This document shows positions 1 through 10,224 of a stretch of 64,000 bases of DNA, in pieces. A model generated the notes under the pieces. It saw only the letters and a list, made by a program, of their open reading frames with translations, was not told the origin of the DNA and searched no databases. The position numbers and the translations under genes were made by a program. The stretch is from Candidatus Poribacteria bacterium (GTDB lineage Bacteria; Poribacteria; WGA-4E; WGA-3G), in assembly GCA_964291315.2 (NCBI GenBank), contig OZ219753.1:1312001-1376000 (forward strand), written 5' to 3'. Within the stretch, counting starts at the first letter, position 1, and each line of letters begins with the position of its first letter.

Positions 1-189
1 AATTGTCGAAAGTACGTTCCCGCAAATATGGGACATCCCCGTCCAATATATCTTCACAGAGAAGGCGGTCATCGTTGGCAGTAACCAATCAGCAACAGCT
101 AGTTAAAGGGTTTTCATGTAACAATTCAGAGCTTTCTAGGGCACGCCAAGCTTGGATAGATCGTCCACAAAGATACGCCCTATTGACTG

Positions 190-603
190 TTATTCTGCAT
201 CGACAAAAGGTCTAAGTTTTTCTATAGTCTTCGGACCGATGCCTTTGATCTCTTGAAGGGCATCCACAGTGGCGAAGGCTCCGTGTTGTGTACGATGGTC
301 AATAATTCTTTCCGCCGTCCGTTCTCCAATATTAGGAAGCGTTTGGAGTTCTTTCGCAGAGGCAGTATTGATGTTAAGAAGCTCGGGTTTGTTCACTACG
401 AGAGATTTTGCCGTACTACCTTGTGGACGTTGTGTATCCGGAACAGCGATCAGATTGGGCTCTCCAAGGAACAAGGCGGGTGCAAATCGGCGCATCCCCC
501 AAAAGCCGGTGCCCGCTAAAATCAGGATCACAAGAAAAGTCACCGCTTTCCAATAGTGGTGCTCAAGAAAATCTTCCACGCTATTTGTTTCCGTTTCTCT
601 CAT
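190..603 (-). CDS. comEA: ComEA-family helix-hairpin-helix DNA-binding membrane protein
   Basis: N-terminal TM helix; C-terminal 'LNINTASAKELQTLPNIG...EIKGIGPKT' HhH pair. ATG at 603 preferred over the ORF-track start at 639. Confidence 0.85.
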   Translation of the reverse strand: MRETETNSVEDFLEHHYWKAVTFLVILILAGTGFWGMRRFAPALFLGEPNLIAVPDTQRPQGSTAKSLVVNKPELLNINTASAKELQTLPNIGERTAERIIDHRTQHGAFATVDALQEIKGIGPKTIEKLRPFVDAE

Positions 604-2146
604 GCGTGAGCTCATCGACGTTACTGCATGTCTCAACAATGGCTTCTACAAGACTCTCTACTGTGGCTTTCTTTGCTATCACGTCAACCCGCACGTCATG
701 TCTCATTGCTGTCTCTTGCGTTGTGGGACCAATCACGGCGACCTTGACATCAGCGAGCAACACTGCAGGAGCATGTGTAGAGAACATTTCAAGGAAGTTC
801 GTAACCGTTGAAGAACTGGTGAATGTGACGAGATCCACCTTGCCGTTCAAGAGAGCAGCTTCAATTTCGTCCCTGTTTTTATCGCTATCATCTGTCATTT
901 TGACAGTATCGTAGAGCGTGACCTCGTCAACTATTGCTCCCCTCTCACGCAAACCGTCGGGTACGTCCGCAGCGGCGATTTTCGCACGTGGCAGGAGAAT
1001 CCTCTTTCCCTTGACCCCTTCGATTTCAGCAGCGATGGCACTTCCGCGGGAGCAGGACGGAACAAAATCCGGATGAATACCGATGCGGTTCAGCGCGTTG
1101 ACTGTTTTGCCGCCAACCGCACAGACTTTACCCGTGCCGAAGGCACGAGCGTCCTTGCCATCTTCGCGCAAGCGTGCATAGAAGATTTCTACAGCGTTGA
1201 CACTTGTAAAGATAATCCAATCGTATCTTTCCGGGGGAGGTATGTCTACACCGGCAATAGGTTGGATCTGTATTGTGGGGAATTGGGTGACTTCAGCACC
1301 GTTCGCTTCCAAAAGGTCTGCGAATACGCTTGCTTGGGCGCGCGCGCGTGTCACAAGAATCCGTTTGCCGAATAGCGGTTTGGTATCAAACCAACGGAGT
1401 TGCTCACGCAGCCGATTCACTTCACCGATAACGATAACCGCTGGACTTTTCAGTTGTACCTTCTCCACTTTTTTGACAATATCGTCAAGCGTGCCTTGGA
1501 CAACCTGCTGTTGTGGTGTCGTTCCAACATGTACCAAACTCACCGGGGTTTGCGGGGTTCGGCCATGTGTTATGAGTCGCTCGGTAATCTGACGAAGGTG
1601 AGCAACTCCCATGTAGACGATAAGCGTATCTACTGCTGTAGCGATGCCCTTCCAATTAATTTTTGAATCCGGACCTAATGCGGCGGAATGTCCCGTAACG
1701 AACGCTACCGAAGAAGCATAGTCTCGATGTGTGGCCGGAATACCCGCATAGGCAGATGCGGCAATCGCAGAGGTGATACCGGGAACTACCTCAAACGGAA
1801 CGCCTGCCTCAGTGAGAGCAGCGGCTTCTTCACCGCCCCTTCCAAAGATGTAGGGGTCGCCGCCTTTGAGGCGCACAACTACCTTCCCGGCTTTTGCATG
1901 TTCAACGAGCAATTGATTGAGTTCGGTTTGGCGAGTGGTCTGGGTCCTCGGATCCGGGGCTCGAATTTTCTCGGTGTGTGCAGGGCAGTGTTCAAGCAGC
2001 GTATCATTTAGTAGCAGATCGTAGATGACGACATCGGCGCGTTGAAGACATTCCATGCCTTTGAGTGTGATAAGTTTCCTGTCGCCTGGACCTGCCCCTA
2101 CAATGTAAACGAGCCCGGGGTTTGGTCTGCTTGAAGGTACATTCAT
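581..2146 (-). CDS. cobA: Fused uroporphyrinogen-III C-methyltransferase / uroporphyrinogen-III synthase (CobA-HemD)
   Basis: VGAGPGD, RLKGGDP and VVPGITS SUMT motifs, followed by a HemD domain (LFGKRILVTR, FTSSSTV). Confidence 0.95.
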   Translation of the reverse strand: MNVPSSRPNPGLVYIVGAGPGDRKLITLKGMECLQRADVVIYDLLLNDTLLEHCPAHTEKIRAPDPRTQTTRQTELNQLLVEHAKAGKVVVRLKGGDPYIFGRGGEEAAALTEAGVPFEVVPGITSAIAASAYAGIPATHRDYASSVAFVTGHSAALGPDSKINWKGIATAVDTLIVYMGVAHLRQITERLITHGRTPQTPVSLVHVGTTPQQQVVQGTLDDIVKKVEKVQLKSPAVIVIGEVNRLREQLRWFDTKPLFGKRILVTRARAQASVFADLLEANGAEVTQFPTIQIQPIAGVDIPPPERYDWIIFTSVNAVEIFYARLREDGKDARAFGTGKVCAVGGKTVNALNRIGIHPDFVPSCSRGSAIAAEIEGVKGKRILLPRAKIAAADVPDGLRERGAIVDEVTLYDTVKMTDDSDKNRDEIEAALLNGKVDLVTFTSSSTVTNFLEMFSTHAPAVLLADVKVAVIGPTTQETAMRHDVRVDVIAKKATVESLVEAIVETCSNVDELTHERNGNK

Positions 2147-2156
2147 CCGTATTTCC

Positions 2157-3071
2157 TTATAACCTTAGCAGCTCAGTTGCGCCGCTATTTTGCAATCCTT
2201 CGGCTACGATTCTGCCCAAATCCTCTGCCGCATCCGCTGTTCCCGTAGCGGTTTCCATAATCCGATGGATTCCTTCTGGATGACAGACGGTGCCTATCAG
2301 TGAAAGTCCACCTTCGACGTACCAAGCATGTGCCCCGGCCGGGACTTGACAGCCGCCACCGAGGTGTTCCAACACAGTTCTTTCAGCGGTAACCTGAGCG
2401 ACAGTCTTGCGGTCGTTTAGAGGTTCAAGCAGCTCTCCGACGGCGCGATCCCCTTCGCGTGTTTCAATCGCAAGTGCCCCCTGTCCAACAGCAGGTACTA
2501 TCCGATCTATATCAAAATATTGTGTGATGATGTCCGGCCCAAACAGGCGCTTGATACCGGCTGCAGCGAGGATAATACCGTCAAGGTCGGTCTCGCGCAG
2601 TTTACGTAACCGCGTATCAATGTTCCCTCGAATGTCAACAACCCGTAAATTTGGGCGCATGTGAAGAAACTGTCCTTTCCGGCGCAGACTTGTAGTGCCG
2701 ATCTTTGCACCACCTATTAAGTCTTCCAAGGGGTATCCGGTAGCAGTGACAAGAACATCGCGTGGGTCTTCCCGCTTTGGAATAGCGGCAATACAGAGCC
2801 CCGGCGGTAATTCTGTTGGCAAATCCTTTAGACTGTGAACCGCAAGATCGATCTCCTCTTTTAAAAGAGCGTTCTCTATCTCCTTGGTAAATACCCCTTT
2901 GCCGAGCCCCACAAGCGTACGGTCTTGAATGGTATCTCCAGTGGTTTTGATGATTTTTAGGTCGATCTTGAGGTCTGGAAAATAAGACTCCAATTGATTC
3001 TTAACAAATCGCGCCTGCCAAAGCGCGAGTTGGCTGCCACGTGTACCGATTGTAAGCGAGTTGTACATCAA
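2157..3071 (-). CDS. hemC: Hydroxymethylbilane synthase (porphobilinogen deaminase)
   Basis: IGTRGSQLALWQ, AVHSLKDLP, RGNIDTRLRKL and GGCQVP motifs. Confidence 0.97.
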   Translation of the reverse strand: MMYNSLTIGTRGSQLALWQARFVKNQLESYFPDLKIDLKIIKTTGDTIQDRTLVGLGKGVFTKEIENALLKEEIDLAVHSLKDLPTELPPGLCIAAIPKREDPRDVLVTATGYPLEDLIGGAKIGTTSLRRKGQFLHMRPNLRVVDIRGNIDTRLRKLRETDLDGIILAAAGIKRLFGPDIITQYFDIDRIVPAVGQGALAIETREGDRAVGELLEPLNDRKTVAQVTAERTVLEHLGGGCQVPAGAHAWYVEGGLSLIGTVCHPEGIHRIMETATGTADAAEDLGRIVAEGLQNSGATELLRL

Positions 3072-3119
3072 AATTCCTTATGATTCAAGGGGCATACAGA
3101 GAGAGGATATAGGTATTCC

Positions 3120-4421
3120 CTACGCTTCCGAATTATCATCATTAACATCCAGCGCGAACAATTCTTGCAAGGCTTGGACATATTGCGCGTGATCGGCACT
3201 TCCATCGTTGACGGCGCAGCGGAGATTCCGCATCGGATGGTGGAGGAGTTTTTTGACAATCGCTTGCGTCATAGAGGTAACAATAGCCTCTTGCTGATCC
3301 GAAAGAGCTGTTTTGTAGAGGCAGGCTTGCAATTCAGTGTCAGCTATCTGCCGAAACTGCTGATGGAGTGCTTTAATTGTAGGATTAACCTGAAAAACTT
3401 GTAATTGGTTGTAGAAACGTTTCGCTTCTTCAGAAACGATCTGCTCCGCTCGAACCGCCTCCTGATGTCTGTCTTTGAGGTTAGAGGCCACAACGGCTTC
3501 AAGGTCATCAATATTATAGAGGAAAGCATGATCGATTTTACCCACATCCGGGTCAATGTCGCGTGGAACTGCAATATCGATAAGGAACATATATCGATGC
3601 TTCCGTCTCCGCATAACCGCGGCGAGAGGCTGACGTTTGATGAGATACGCAGGGGAATCCGTGGAGCTAATGACAATATCTGCATCAACAAGGAAACCCA
3701 AGTCGCTATCATAAGCGAGCGCGGTGCCGTTAAATTTCTCTGCAATTTTGACTGCTCGTTCGTAAGTGCGATTCGCAACAAGAACGTTGGAGGCGCCATT
3801 TGTAACAAGATGCTTTGCAGTAAGCTCGCTCATCTCACCTGCCCCGATAATAGCGACAGTTTTCCCCTCAAGCGTATTGAAAATCTTTTTGGCGAGCTCA
3901 ACAGCAGCGTAACTAATAGAGATAGCGCCCGCAGTAATTGTCGTCTCCGAACGAATCCGTTTACCAACGCTAAAGGCTTTGGGGAAAAGACGGTTGAGAA
4001 CAGTTCCAACATTACCAGATGAACGAGAAAACTCATAAGCCTCTTTGACCTGCCCGAGGATCTGAGACTCACCGACAACCATAGAATCGAGGCTCGATGT
4101 AACTCTGAAGAGATGTTGGATTGTCTGTAAATTATGATGAAGATAACATCCATTTTTAAGCGATTCCATGCTAATCCGATGGCAGCGGGCAAGAAAATCA
4201 ATAAGCATTTTGGCAGCCACCTCCGCATTTGGGATTGAATTCACATGGGCATAAACCTCCACACGATTACAGGTGGAGAGAATCACCGCCTCTTGAACCT
4301 GGTCAGATTCACGCAAACGTTGGAGGGAGTCAATGAGTTGTTCTTCCGAAAATGCCAATCTCTCTCTAAATTCAATAGGAGCAACATGATGGCTGGTTCC
4401 GACGGACACAATTTGGTTCAT
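3120..4421 (-). CDS. hemA: Glutamyl-tRNA reductase
   Basis: LSTCNRVE, SLDSMVVGESQILGQVK, GAGEM and DIAVPRD motifs. Confidence 0.97.
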   Translation of the reverse strand: MNQIVSVGTSHHVAPIEFRERLAFSEEQLIDSLQRLRESDQVQEAVILSTCNRVEVYAHVNSIPNAEVAAKMLIDFLARCHRISMESLKNGCYLHHNLQTIQHLFRVTSSLDSMVVGESQILGQVKEAYEFSRSSGNVGTVLNRLFPKAFSVGKRIRSETTITAGAISISYAAVELAKKIFNTLEGKTVAIIGAGEMSELTAKHLVTNGASNVLVANRTYERAVKIAEKFNGTALAYDSDLGFLVDADIVISSTDSPAYLIKRQPLAAVMRRRKHRYMFLIDIAVPRDIDPDVGKIDHAFLYNIDDLEAVVASNLKDRHQEAVRAEQIVSEEAKRFYNQLQVFQVNPTIKALHQQFRQIADTELQACLYKTALSDQQEAIVTSMTQAIVKKLLHHPMRNLRCAVNDGSADHAQYVQALQELFALDVNDDNSEA

Positions 4422-4467
4422 TTTTTTTTTTTAAGTTCAAAAAGGTCAACACGCGTACATTTGGTAA

Positions 4468-4497
4468 ATTATATCACATACGCAGCGGTCATGTCAA
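4468..4497 (-). promoter_or_regulatory. Sigma70-type promoter upstream of hemA
   Basis: Minus strand TTGACA-N18-TATAAT with a TGn extension. Confidence 0.65.
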
Positions 4498-4599
4498 ACT
4501 TAAGAGTGTATATTCTAAGACTATTCAGTTTTCTTGTGGGACCGAGCCCTCGAGACCCGGCTGCTGATTCTCAACAACTAGCAGCGATCAGCATCATCT

Positions 4600-5442
4600 T
4601 CATCTATACGTATGCATACTCTCTAAAAAGAGGCCCACACCAACATAGGTACAGAGAACAGCGACCAAACCGATAATTGCGGCGTAGGCACCCCGGCGTC
4701 CGTGCCAGCCCCAAAATTGGCGGATCCCGATTTGTGCAGTGTAGATAAACCATGTCACAAGCGTCGAGATCACTTTCGCATCGACCCATCTCCAAGGCAC
4801 ATCCGCGATGTATTGGGTCCAGAGACTCCCAACGATAACACCTAGGGTAAGTAGAATTACACCGAGGATCGTGCAGCGATATCCAAGTTCATCGGAAATG
4901 CCTAGAGCGGGCAGCAAGCTGTCAAAGAGGGCATCCATTTTCTTTCGGATTTTTCGTTCTGTGATCAGGTACATCAACCCGAATCCGAAGGCTGCGATGA
5001 ACGCAGCATACGCCAAAAAAATAAGTGTGGTATGCGCCAGGAGCCAATAGTTTTGCAGCGGTTCCGGGAGCGCAGCGGTATGCGTTGCAAAACTATATGA
5101 AATGAGTATCGCAATGAACGCCGCCGGCATAACGAAACTGCCGAGTGTGCGGAGCCGCGTTAACCGCACAATGAGCAGATAAATCAGTGTGATCGCCCAC
5201 GCAAAAAATGCAATAGAGTCCGTCCAGTGCGTCATCGGGAAATGCCCCTGCTCTAGCCACCAAAGCAGGATAAACAACGTAAGAAACCCGAAACCGACGA
5301 TAGTACCCCAAAAGGCAACACGCTCAATTGTCAGGCGAAGCACTGAGCCTTCGCTACGAGTCCCGATCGCCAGCGAAAGCGTGTGAAAAATGCTTGTTGC
5401 TAAGTATATTAAAAGAGTGACAAGAAATAGAAAATTTATCAT
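4600..5442 (-). CDS. ccsA: Cytochrome c assembly protein CcsA/HemX-like membrane protein
   Basis: About 8 TM helices; WLLAH and GSLW...W.WVDAK (WWD-like) motifs; typical position before hemA. Confidence 0.85.
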   Translation of the reverse strand: MINFLFLVTLLIYLATSIFHTLSLAIGTRSEGSVLRLTIERVAFWGTIVGFGFLTLFILLWWLEQGHFPMTHWTDSIAFFAWAITLIYLLIVRLTRLRTLGSFVMPAAFIAILISYSFATHTAALPEPLQNYWLLAHTTLIFLAYAAFIAAFGFGLMYLITERKIRKKMDALFDSLLPALGISDELGYRCTILGVILLTLGVIVGSLWTQYIADVPWRWVDAKVISTLVTWFIYTAQIGIRQFWGWHGRRGAYAAIIGLVAVLCTYVGVGLFLESMHTYR

Positions 5443-5507
5443 CAAAATTGAGAGATGGAGCCCCGACTTCAGGCAGAGTCGTTGACGTATTGCGGATCCG
5501 AACACAA

Positions 5508-6692
5508 TTATCCAACACTCTCTACGCGGTCCGTTTCCAGCAGATTTGCAGTAAAGGTGCAGGCACGTTCCAACCTACCCTTCCGAACCCAGTTAAAAAG
5601 GCATTCCACAGAACATTCAGGGTTTGTGAGTCTAAGGCAGCAGGTCTGAGATAGTGAGTCGTTCGTTTCAACGTTGTCGATGAGTCTCTCAAAAAAGTCG
5701 GAACGTTTTTTAGGGGTCGGAAAAGCCCTAAGGACCTCCGGACGTAACTGCCCAAGAAACTCAATAAATGCCCCATAACCTTTATTTTCAAAGCGACTCG
5801 CGAGTCTTTTACGGAGGCGCTCTGCCTTTTCAGCAGTTCTATAGCTGCGAGCGGCGACGCTAATAATCAGGTTGGCATCTCTTATGAGTGGCGGTGTAAA
5901 AAGGGTGCCTGCCTTCGGTTTATCAAGAAACTCCTTAACGAACCCGCCCTCATTTCTACAGAGCACCGGGTGACCAGCAGACGTATCCGCAATAACGAGG
6001 AAGGCATCTTCCAGATGATGTGGTTCCGTCTCACTAAGTGATCGACACACAACAGATGCCCCACACTGATGTAATAGTGAAATGCGTCGCTCAATCTCCT
6101 CTGTTTTCTGTCCGTATAAGACAACGCACTCCCGGCGTTTCAACAAGAGATAGACAGGATAGCGGAGCCCTTGGTTTTCAATCCGCACCGGCTTTCCATT
6201 TTCGTATCCGAGCGTGTATAGCGAATCTGCGTTTAGGCATGTCTCAAAATACTCGCGGATCCGCCGACTCGTCGCTGGACTATTCCCGCTCGTGGAGATA
6301 CTGAGCATGAGTTCACCGTCGGTTACAACGGAGGCGGCGGCAAAAGTGCATTGCGGGATAACATCAATAACATTAACTAAACGGATTTTGTTTTTTTCGT
6401 ATGCTTCTATAAAGACAGCACTGTTAATATCTGTGAAATCGGTTGCAGCACAAACAAGAAAATAGCCATCCGTATCGCCTGTCTTTAGCTGACGCTTGTG
6501 CCAACGGATTGTGCCGGTACGGGCCAGGAAGGTTAGCAATTCCGTTGTATCCGGACTGATTACCGTGACATCACCACCACTAAGAAGCATAGCGACCACT
6601 TTCCGCTCCGCAACGGGGCCACCGCCGACAACAAGGCATTCCCGATCCTGAAGATCTATGTATGCTGGATAAAACATTTTATTATATGTCAT
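5508..6692 (-). CDS. Precorrin-2 dehydrogenase/sirohydrochlorin ferrochelatase (SirC/CysG-B type) with an internally duplicated module
   Basis: YPAYIDLQDRECLVVGGGPVAERK and ISTSGNSP motifs, then a second degenerate copy starting YPVYLLLKRREC. ATGA overlap with the upstream gene. Confidence 0.85.
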   Translation of the reverse strand: MTYNKMFYPAYIDLQDRECLVVGGGPVAERKVVAMLLSGGDVTVISPDTTELLTFLARTGTIRWHKRQLKTGDTDGYFLVCAATDFTDINSAVFIEAYEKNKIRLVNVIDVIPQCTFAAASVVTDGELMLSISTSGNSPATSRRIREYFETCLNADSLYTLGYENGKPVRIENQGLRYPVYLLLKRRECVVLYGQKTEEIERRISLLHQCGASVVCRSLSETEPHHLEDAFLVIADTSAGHPVLCRNEGGFVKEFLDKPKAGTLFTPPLIRDANLIISVAARSYRTAEKAERLRKRLASRFENKGYGAFIEFLGQLRPEVLRAFPTPKKRSDFFERLIDNVETNDSLSQTCCLRLTNPECSVECLFNWVRKGRLERACTFTANLLETDRVESVG

Positions 6693-7669
6693 GACTCTCG
6701 TGAGACAACATAATCTGCGAGTTGTTGGAGCGCAAGACACGCATCGTTCTGTGGTAGAATTGCTAAGGCTGCTTTAGCCCGATCCGCATAAGCTTGAGCG
6801 ACACCCAGGCAGTGGGTTTCAACCGCATACTGCTGAAACAGCGATGCAACAAAGGCGATCGCTTCTGTTTCATCCGTGTTAGGATTCAAGGTTTTTTCCA
6901 GCATCTGCTTTTCAGCATCATTACAAATGTTCCGAGCATAAATAATTGGAAAAGTGAGCTTTCCGTCTCGAAGATCACCGAACGTGTTTTTCCCCAATTT
7001 GTTTGGATTTTCCGTGAAGTCAAGCACATCATCGACAATTTGGAAAGCCGTTCCAATGTGTTCCCCATAGACGCTAAGCGCTTCAATCTGTTCTGAATCA
7101 GCAGTGCCGAGATGTGCACCAAGAGTACACGAGGCAGCAATCAGTTTACCGGTTTTGAAACTGATAATTTTGAGGTATTCGGTTTCGGAGATGTCAAAAT
7201 TGCCACTTTTGTAGGCGTGTATGACCTCACCCTCACACATCGCTTGTGTTGTGTCAGCGAGGATCGCCATCGCCGGGTCATCAACACGTCGGGAGACCAG
7301 CATAGAAAGGACGCGAGCATGTAAGTAGTCCCCCACAAGAACAGCGACTTTATTGCCCCACTTGGCATGTAAAGTTTCCCGTCCGCGGCGGATGGTAGCC
7401 TCGTCGAGGACATCATCGTGAACAAGTGAGGCCGCATGTATAAGCTCAACGACAGCAGCGAGCGTATGGGCATCGCTGCCTCGGTATCCGCAAACTCTGG
7501 CAGACAAAACCACGAGCATCGGACGGAGACGTTTGCCGCCTCCTGCAACAACATGCTCGACCGCCATGTCAACGAAACTATACTCACTGGCCGTCTGTTC
7601 GGTAAGTTTTGTTTCAACGGCACCCAGGTCATCCGCAATCAATTGAAGAATCTGATTAAAACTGGACAT
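6689..7669 (-). CDS. ispB: Polyprenyl diphosphate synthase (octaprenyl/heptaprenyl type)
   Basis: GGKRLRP, HDDVLD...RRG and FQIVDDVLD aspartate-rich motifs. Confidence 0.88.
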   Translation of the reverse strand: MSSFNQILQLIADDLGAVETKLTEQTASEYSFVDMAVEHVVAGGGKRLRPMLVVLSARVCGYRGSDAHTLAAVVELIHAASLVHDDVLDEATIRRGRETLHAKWGNKVAVLVGDYLHARVLSMLVSRRVDDPAMAILADTTQAMCEGEVIHAYKSGNFDISETEYLKIISFKTGKLIAASCTLGAHLGTADSEQIEALSVYGEHIGTAFQIVDDVLDFTENPNKLGKNTFGDLRDGKLTFPIIYARNICNDAEKQMLEKTLNPNTDETEAIAFVASLFQQYAVETHCLGVAQAYADRAKAALAILPQNDACLALQQLADYVVSRES

Positions 7670-7815
7670 GCAGTTTCCTTTAATGGGCATCAGCTTGAGA
7701 AGTCATCGGTTGTCCGTTATTCAGTTCAAAGAGGCGCGTTGTAAAGATCTAAGTTTTGAGATCTCGTTAAAAAACACCTTTTGACCAATGGACTGGTGAC
7801 CATTAAAGCTGACGA

Positions 7816-9105
7816 CTACTGAGAGAGCGCGGCCAATACCTGTGTAGCGGCTTGAAGCGTTTCGTTGATGTCATCTTCGGAATGGGCCAAAGAGACAAAC
7901 CCCGCCTCAAATTGCGAAGGGGCGACATAGATACCACGTTCTATGAGTCCCCAAAAGTATTGTTGAAAGCAATCCGTATCTGCTGTGCGCGCGCCATCCG
8001 CATCTGTGACGGTTTCCGGGGTGAAGTAAAGCATCAGCATCGAGCCGACACGGCTGTGCCACGCGTCGATACCGTATTCTTCGGTTGCCGCAGCAAGGCC
8101 TTCAGCAAGGGTAGCGGCCCTGTTCTCCAATTGCTCATAAACGTCTGGCTCAGCCAGCTTCTTGAGCGTCGTTATGCCTGCAGTCACAGCTAACGGATTG
8201 CCAGAGAGGGTCCCAGCTTGATAGACATCGCCCTCGGGGGCAACACATCGCATGATGTCTCGATTTCCACCATAAGCTCCGACCGGCAAACCTCCGCCAA
8301 TAATTTTCCCTAAACAGGTCATGTCTGGGGTGACGTTATAGTAAGATTGCGCGCCCCCATACGCCACGCGAAATCCGGTAATAACTTCATCAAAAATGAG
8401 TACGACACCGTGCTCTTCAGTGATCTCTCGGAGTTCCGTGAGGTAGCCGTCTTTGGGCGGAACAATACCCATATTTCCCATAATGGGTTCAAGAATGAGA
8501 CATGCAATTTCGCCCGGGTTAACCGCTATTGCTTCACGCACAGCATCGGCATTATTAAAGGGCACGGTGAGTGTATTTCGCGCGAAATCTTCTGGGACTC
8601 CTCCACTATCGGAGATCCCAAACGTTGCGACACCTGAGCCTGCTTTTGTCAAGAGATGGTCCACATGCCCGTGATAGCATCCGTCGATTTTAATAATTTT
8701 ATCCCGTCCCGTATACCCGCGAGCGACGCGAATCGCAGTCATTGTCGCTTCAGTACCAGAGTTGACGAGGCGCACCTGTTCTATGGAAGGCACCGCATCG
8801 ACGATGGTTTCGGCGAGTTCCGTCTCTAATGTCGTCGGGGCACCAAAACTCGTACCCTTAGCCGCTGCCGAACGGACTGCGGCTACAACCTCGGGATGCG
8901 CATGCCCCAAAACCAAGGGACCCCAAGAAGCAAGATAATCAATGTACCCATTTCCATCGAGGTCATAGACTTTTGAGCCTACACCTCGGGCAATGAAACG
9001 CGGATATCTGCCCACTTTACTGAAGTTACGAACGGGGCTGTTAACGCCACCGGGTATAAATTGTTGTGATTTTTGCCATGCGGCTAAGGACTTACTCGCC
9101 TCCAA
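7816..9105 (-). CDS. hemL: Glutamate-1-semialdehyde 2,1-aminomutase
   Basis: PGGVNSPVR, NSGTEAT, FDEVITGFR, LGKIIGGGLP and YQAGTLSGNP motifs. Confidence 0.97.
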   Translation of the reverse strand: MEASKSLAAWQKSQQFIPGGVNSPVRNFSKVGRYPRFIARGVGSKVYDLDGNGYIDYLASWGPLVLGHAHPEVVAAVRSAAAKGTSFGAPTTLETELAETIVDAVPSIEQVRLVNSGTEATMTAIRVARGYTGRDKIIKIDGCYHGHVDHLLTKAGSGVATFGISDSGGVPEDFARNTLTVPFNNADAVREAIAVNPGEIACLILEPIMGNMGIVPPKDGYLTELREITEEHGVVLIFDEVITGFRVAYGGAQSYYNVTPDMTCLGKIIGGGLPVGAYGGNRDIMRCVAPEGDVYQAGTLSGNPLAVTAGITTLKKLAEPDVYEQLENRAATLAEGLAAATEEYGIDAWHSRVGSMLMLYFTPETVTDADGARTADTDCFQQYFWGLIERGIYVAPSQFEAGFVSLAHSEDDINETLQAATQVLAALSQ

Positions 9106-9252
9106 AACATTTCCTCCAAATTTCTATAGCCATCGGCAACCAGCAGTCAGGCGCGTCTGTTGCAGACAGTAATCACGAGGATTCCAGCTACTCATATCCT
9201 AACTCATAACCGGCACAGCTAACGGCTTTTTTATTAATAGCTGACAGCGAAC

Positions 9253-10224
9253 TTATAACCAGTCCACAACGGACTTCGCAAAATAGGTTAGAATCATGTC
9301 TGCCCCCGCGCGTTTTATGCCAGTCAACACTTCAAGGGCAACGCGCTCCTCGTCGATCCAACCGTTTGCTGCCGCTGCTTTAATCATCGCATACTCACCA
9401 CTGACGTTGTAGGCCGCAACGGGTATCTGAAATGCTGCCTTGACTTGATGAATCACATCAAGATAGGCTAGTGCAGGCTTCACCATGAGGATATCAGCAC
9501 CTTCTCCGATATCGAGTGAAACTTCCCGTAACGCCTCTTCCACATTCCCTGGATCCATCTGATACGTACGCCGGTCTCCGAATTGTGGCGTAGATTCAGC
9601 TGCTGCACGAAAGGGACCGTAAAAACCCGAGGCGTATTTAGCAGAATACGCCATGATCGGTATCTTTTGGTATCCATTTTCATCCAACGCTGTGCGAATA
9701 GCCCCAACGCGCCCATCCATCATGTCTGACGGCGCAATCACATCCGCACCCGCACGCGCGTGCGAAAGACTCGCTTTCACAAGAAGGTCAAGCGTCTGAT
9801 CGTTGTGGACTTCACCGGCTTCAACAACCCCACAATGCCCGTGGTCTGTGTATTCACAGAGGCAAACGTCAGTCATCACCAACAGGTCAGGCTCGCTATC
9901 TTTAATGGCTCGAACCGCTTGTTGAATGATGCCATCCTCGGCATAAGCTGCTAAACCGAAAGGGTCTTTTGATGCCGGAATTCCGAACAAGATTGTCCCT
10001 GGAATTCCAACTGCAGCAAGCTCTTTCGCAGCTCTGATGAGCGTATCAATTGAGTACTGGTAACACCCAGGCATTGCGGAAATTTCAGTTGCAGTGCCGC
10101 GCCCGGGAACCACGAACATCGGATAGATAAGGTCGCTAGCGGAAAGCGTTGTTTCGCGAACCAGTCGCCTCAGATTTTCATTCGCGCGAAGCCGCCTTGG
10201 GCGATAGACAGGAAAGGTACTCAT
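9253..10224 (-). CDS. hemB: Porphobilinogen synthase (ALA dehydratase), Zn-binding type
   Basis: [25 protein letters not shown] and MVKP motifs. Confidence 0.97.
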   Translation of the reverse strand: MSTFPVYRPRRLRANENLRRLVRETTLSASDLIYPMFVVPGRGTATEISAMPGCYQYSIDTLIRAAKELAAVGIPGTILFGIPASKDPFGLAAYAEDGIIQQAVRAIKDSEPDLLVMTDVCLCEYTDHGHCGVVEAGEVHNDQTLDLLVKASLSHARAGADVIAPSDMMDGRVGAIRTALDENGYQKIPIMAYSAKYASGFYGPFRAAAESTPQFGDRRTYQMDPGNVEEALREVSLDIGEGADILMVKPALAYLDVIHQVKAAFQIPVAAYNVSGEYAMIKAAAANGWIDEERVALEVLTGIKRAGADMILTYFAKSVVDWL

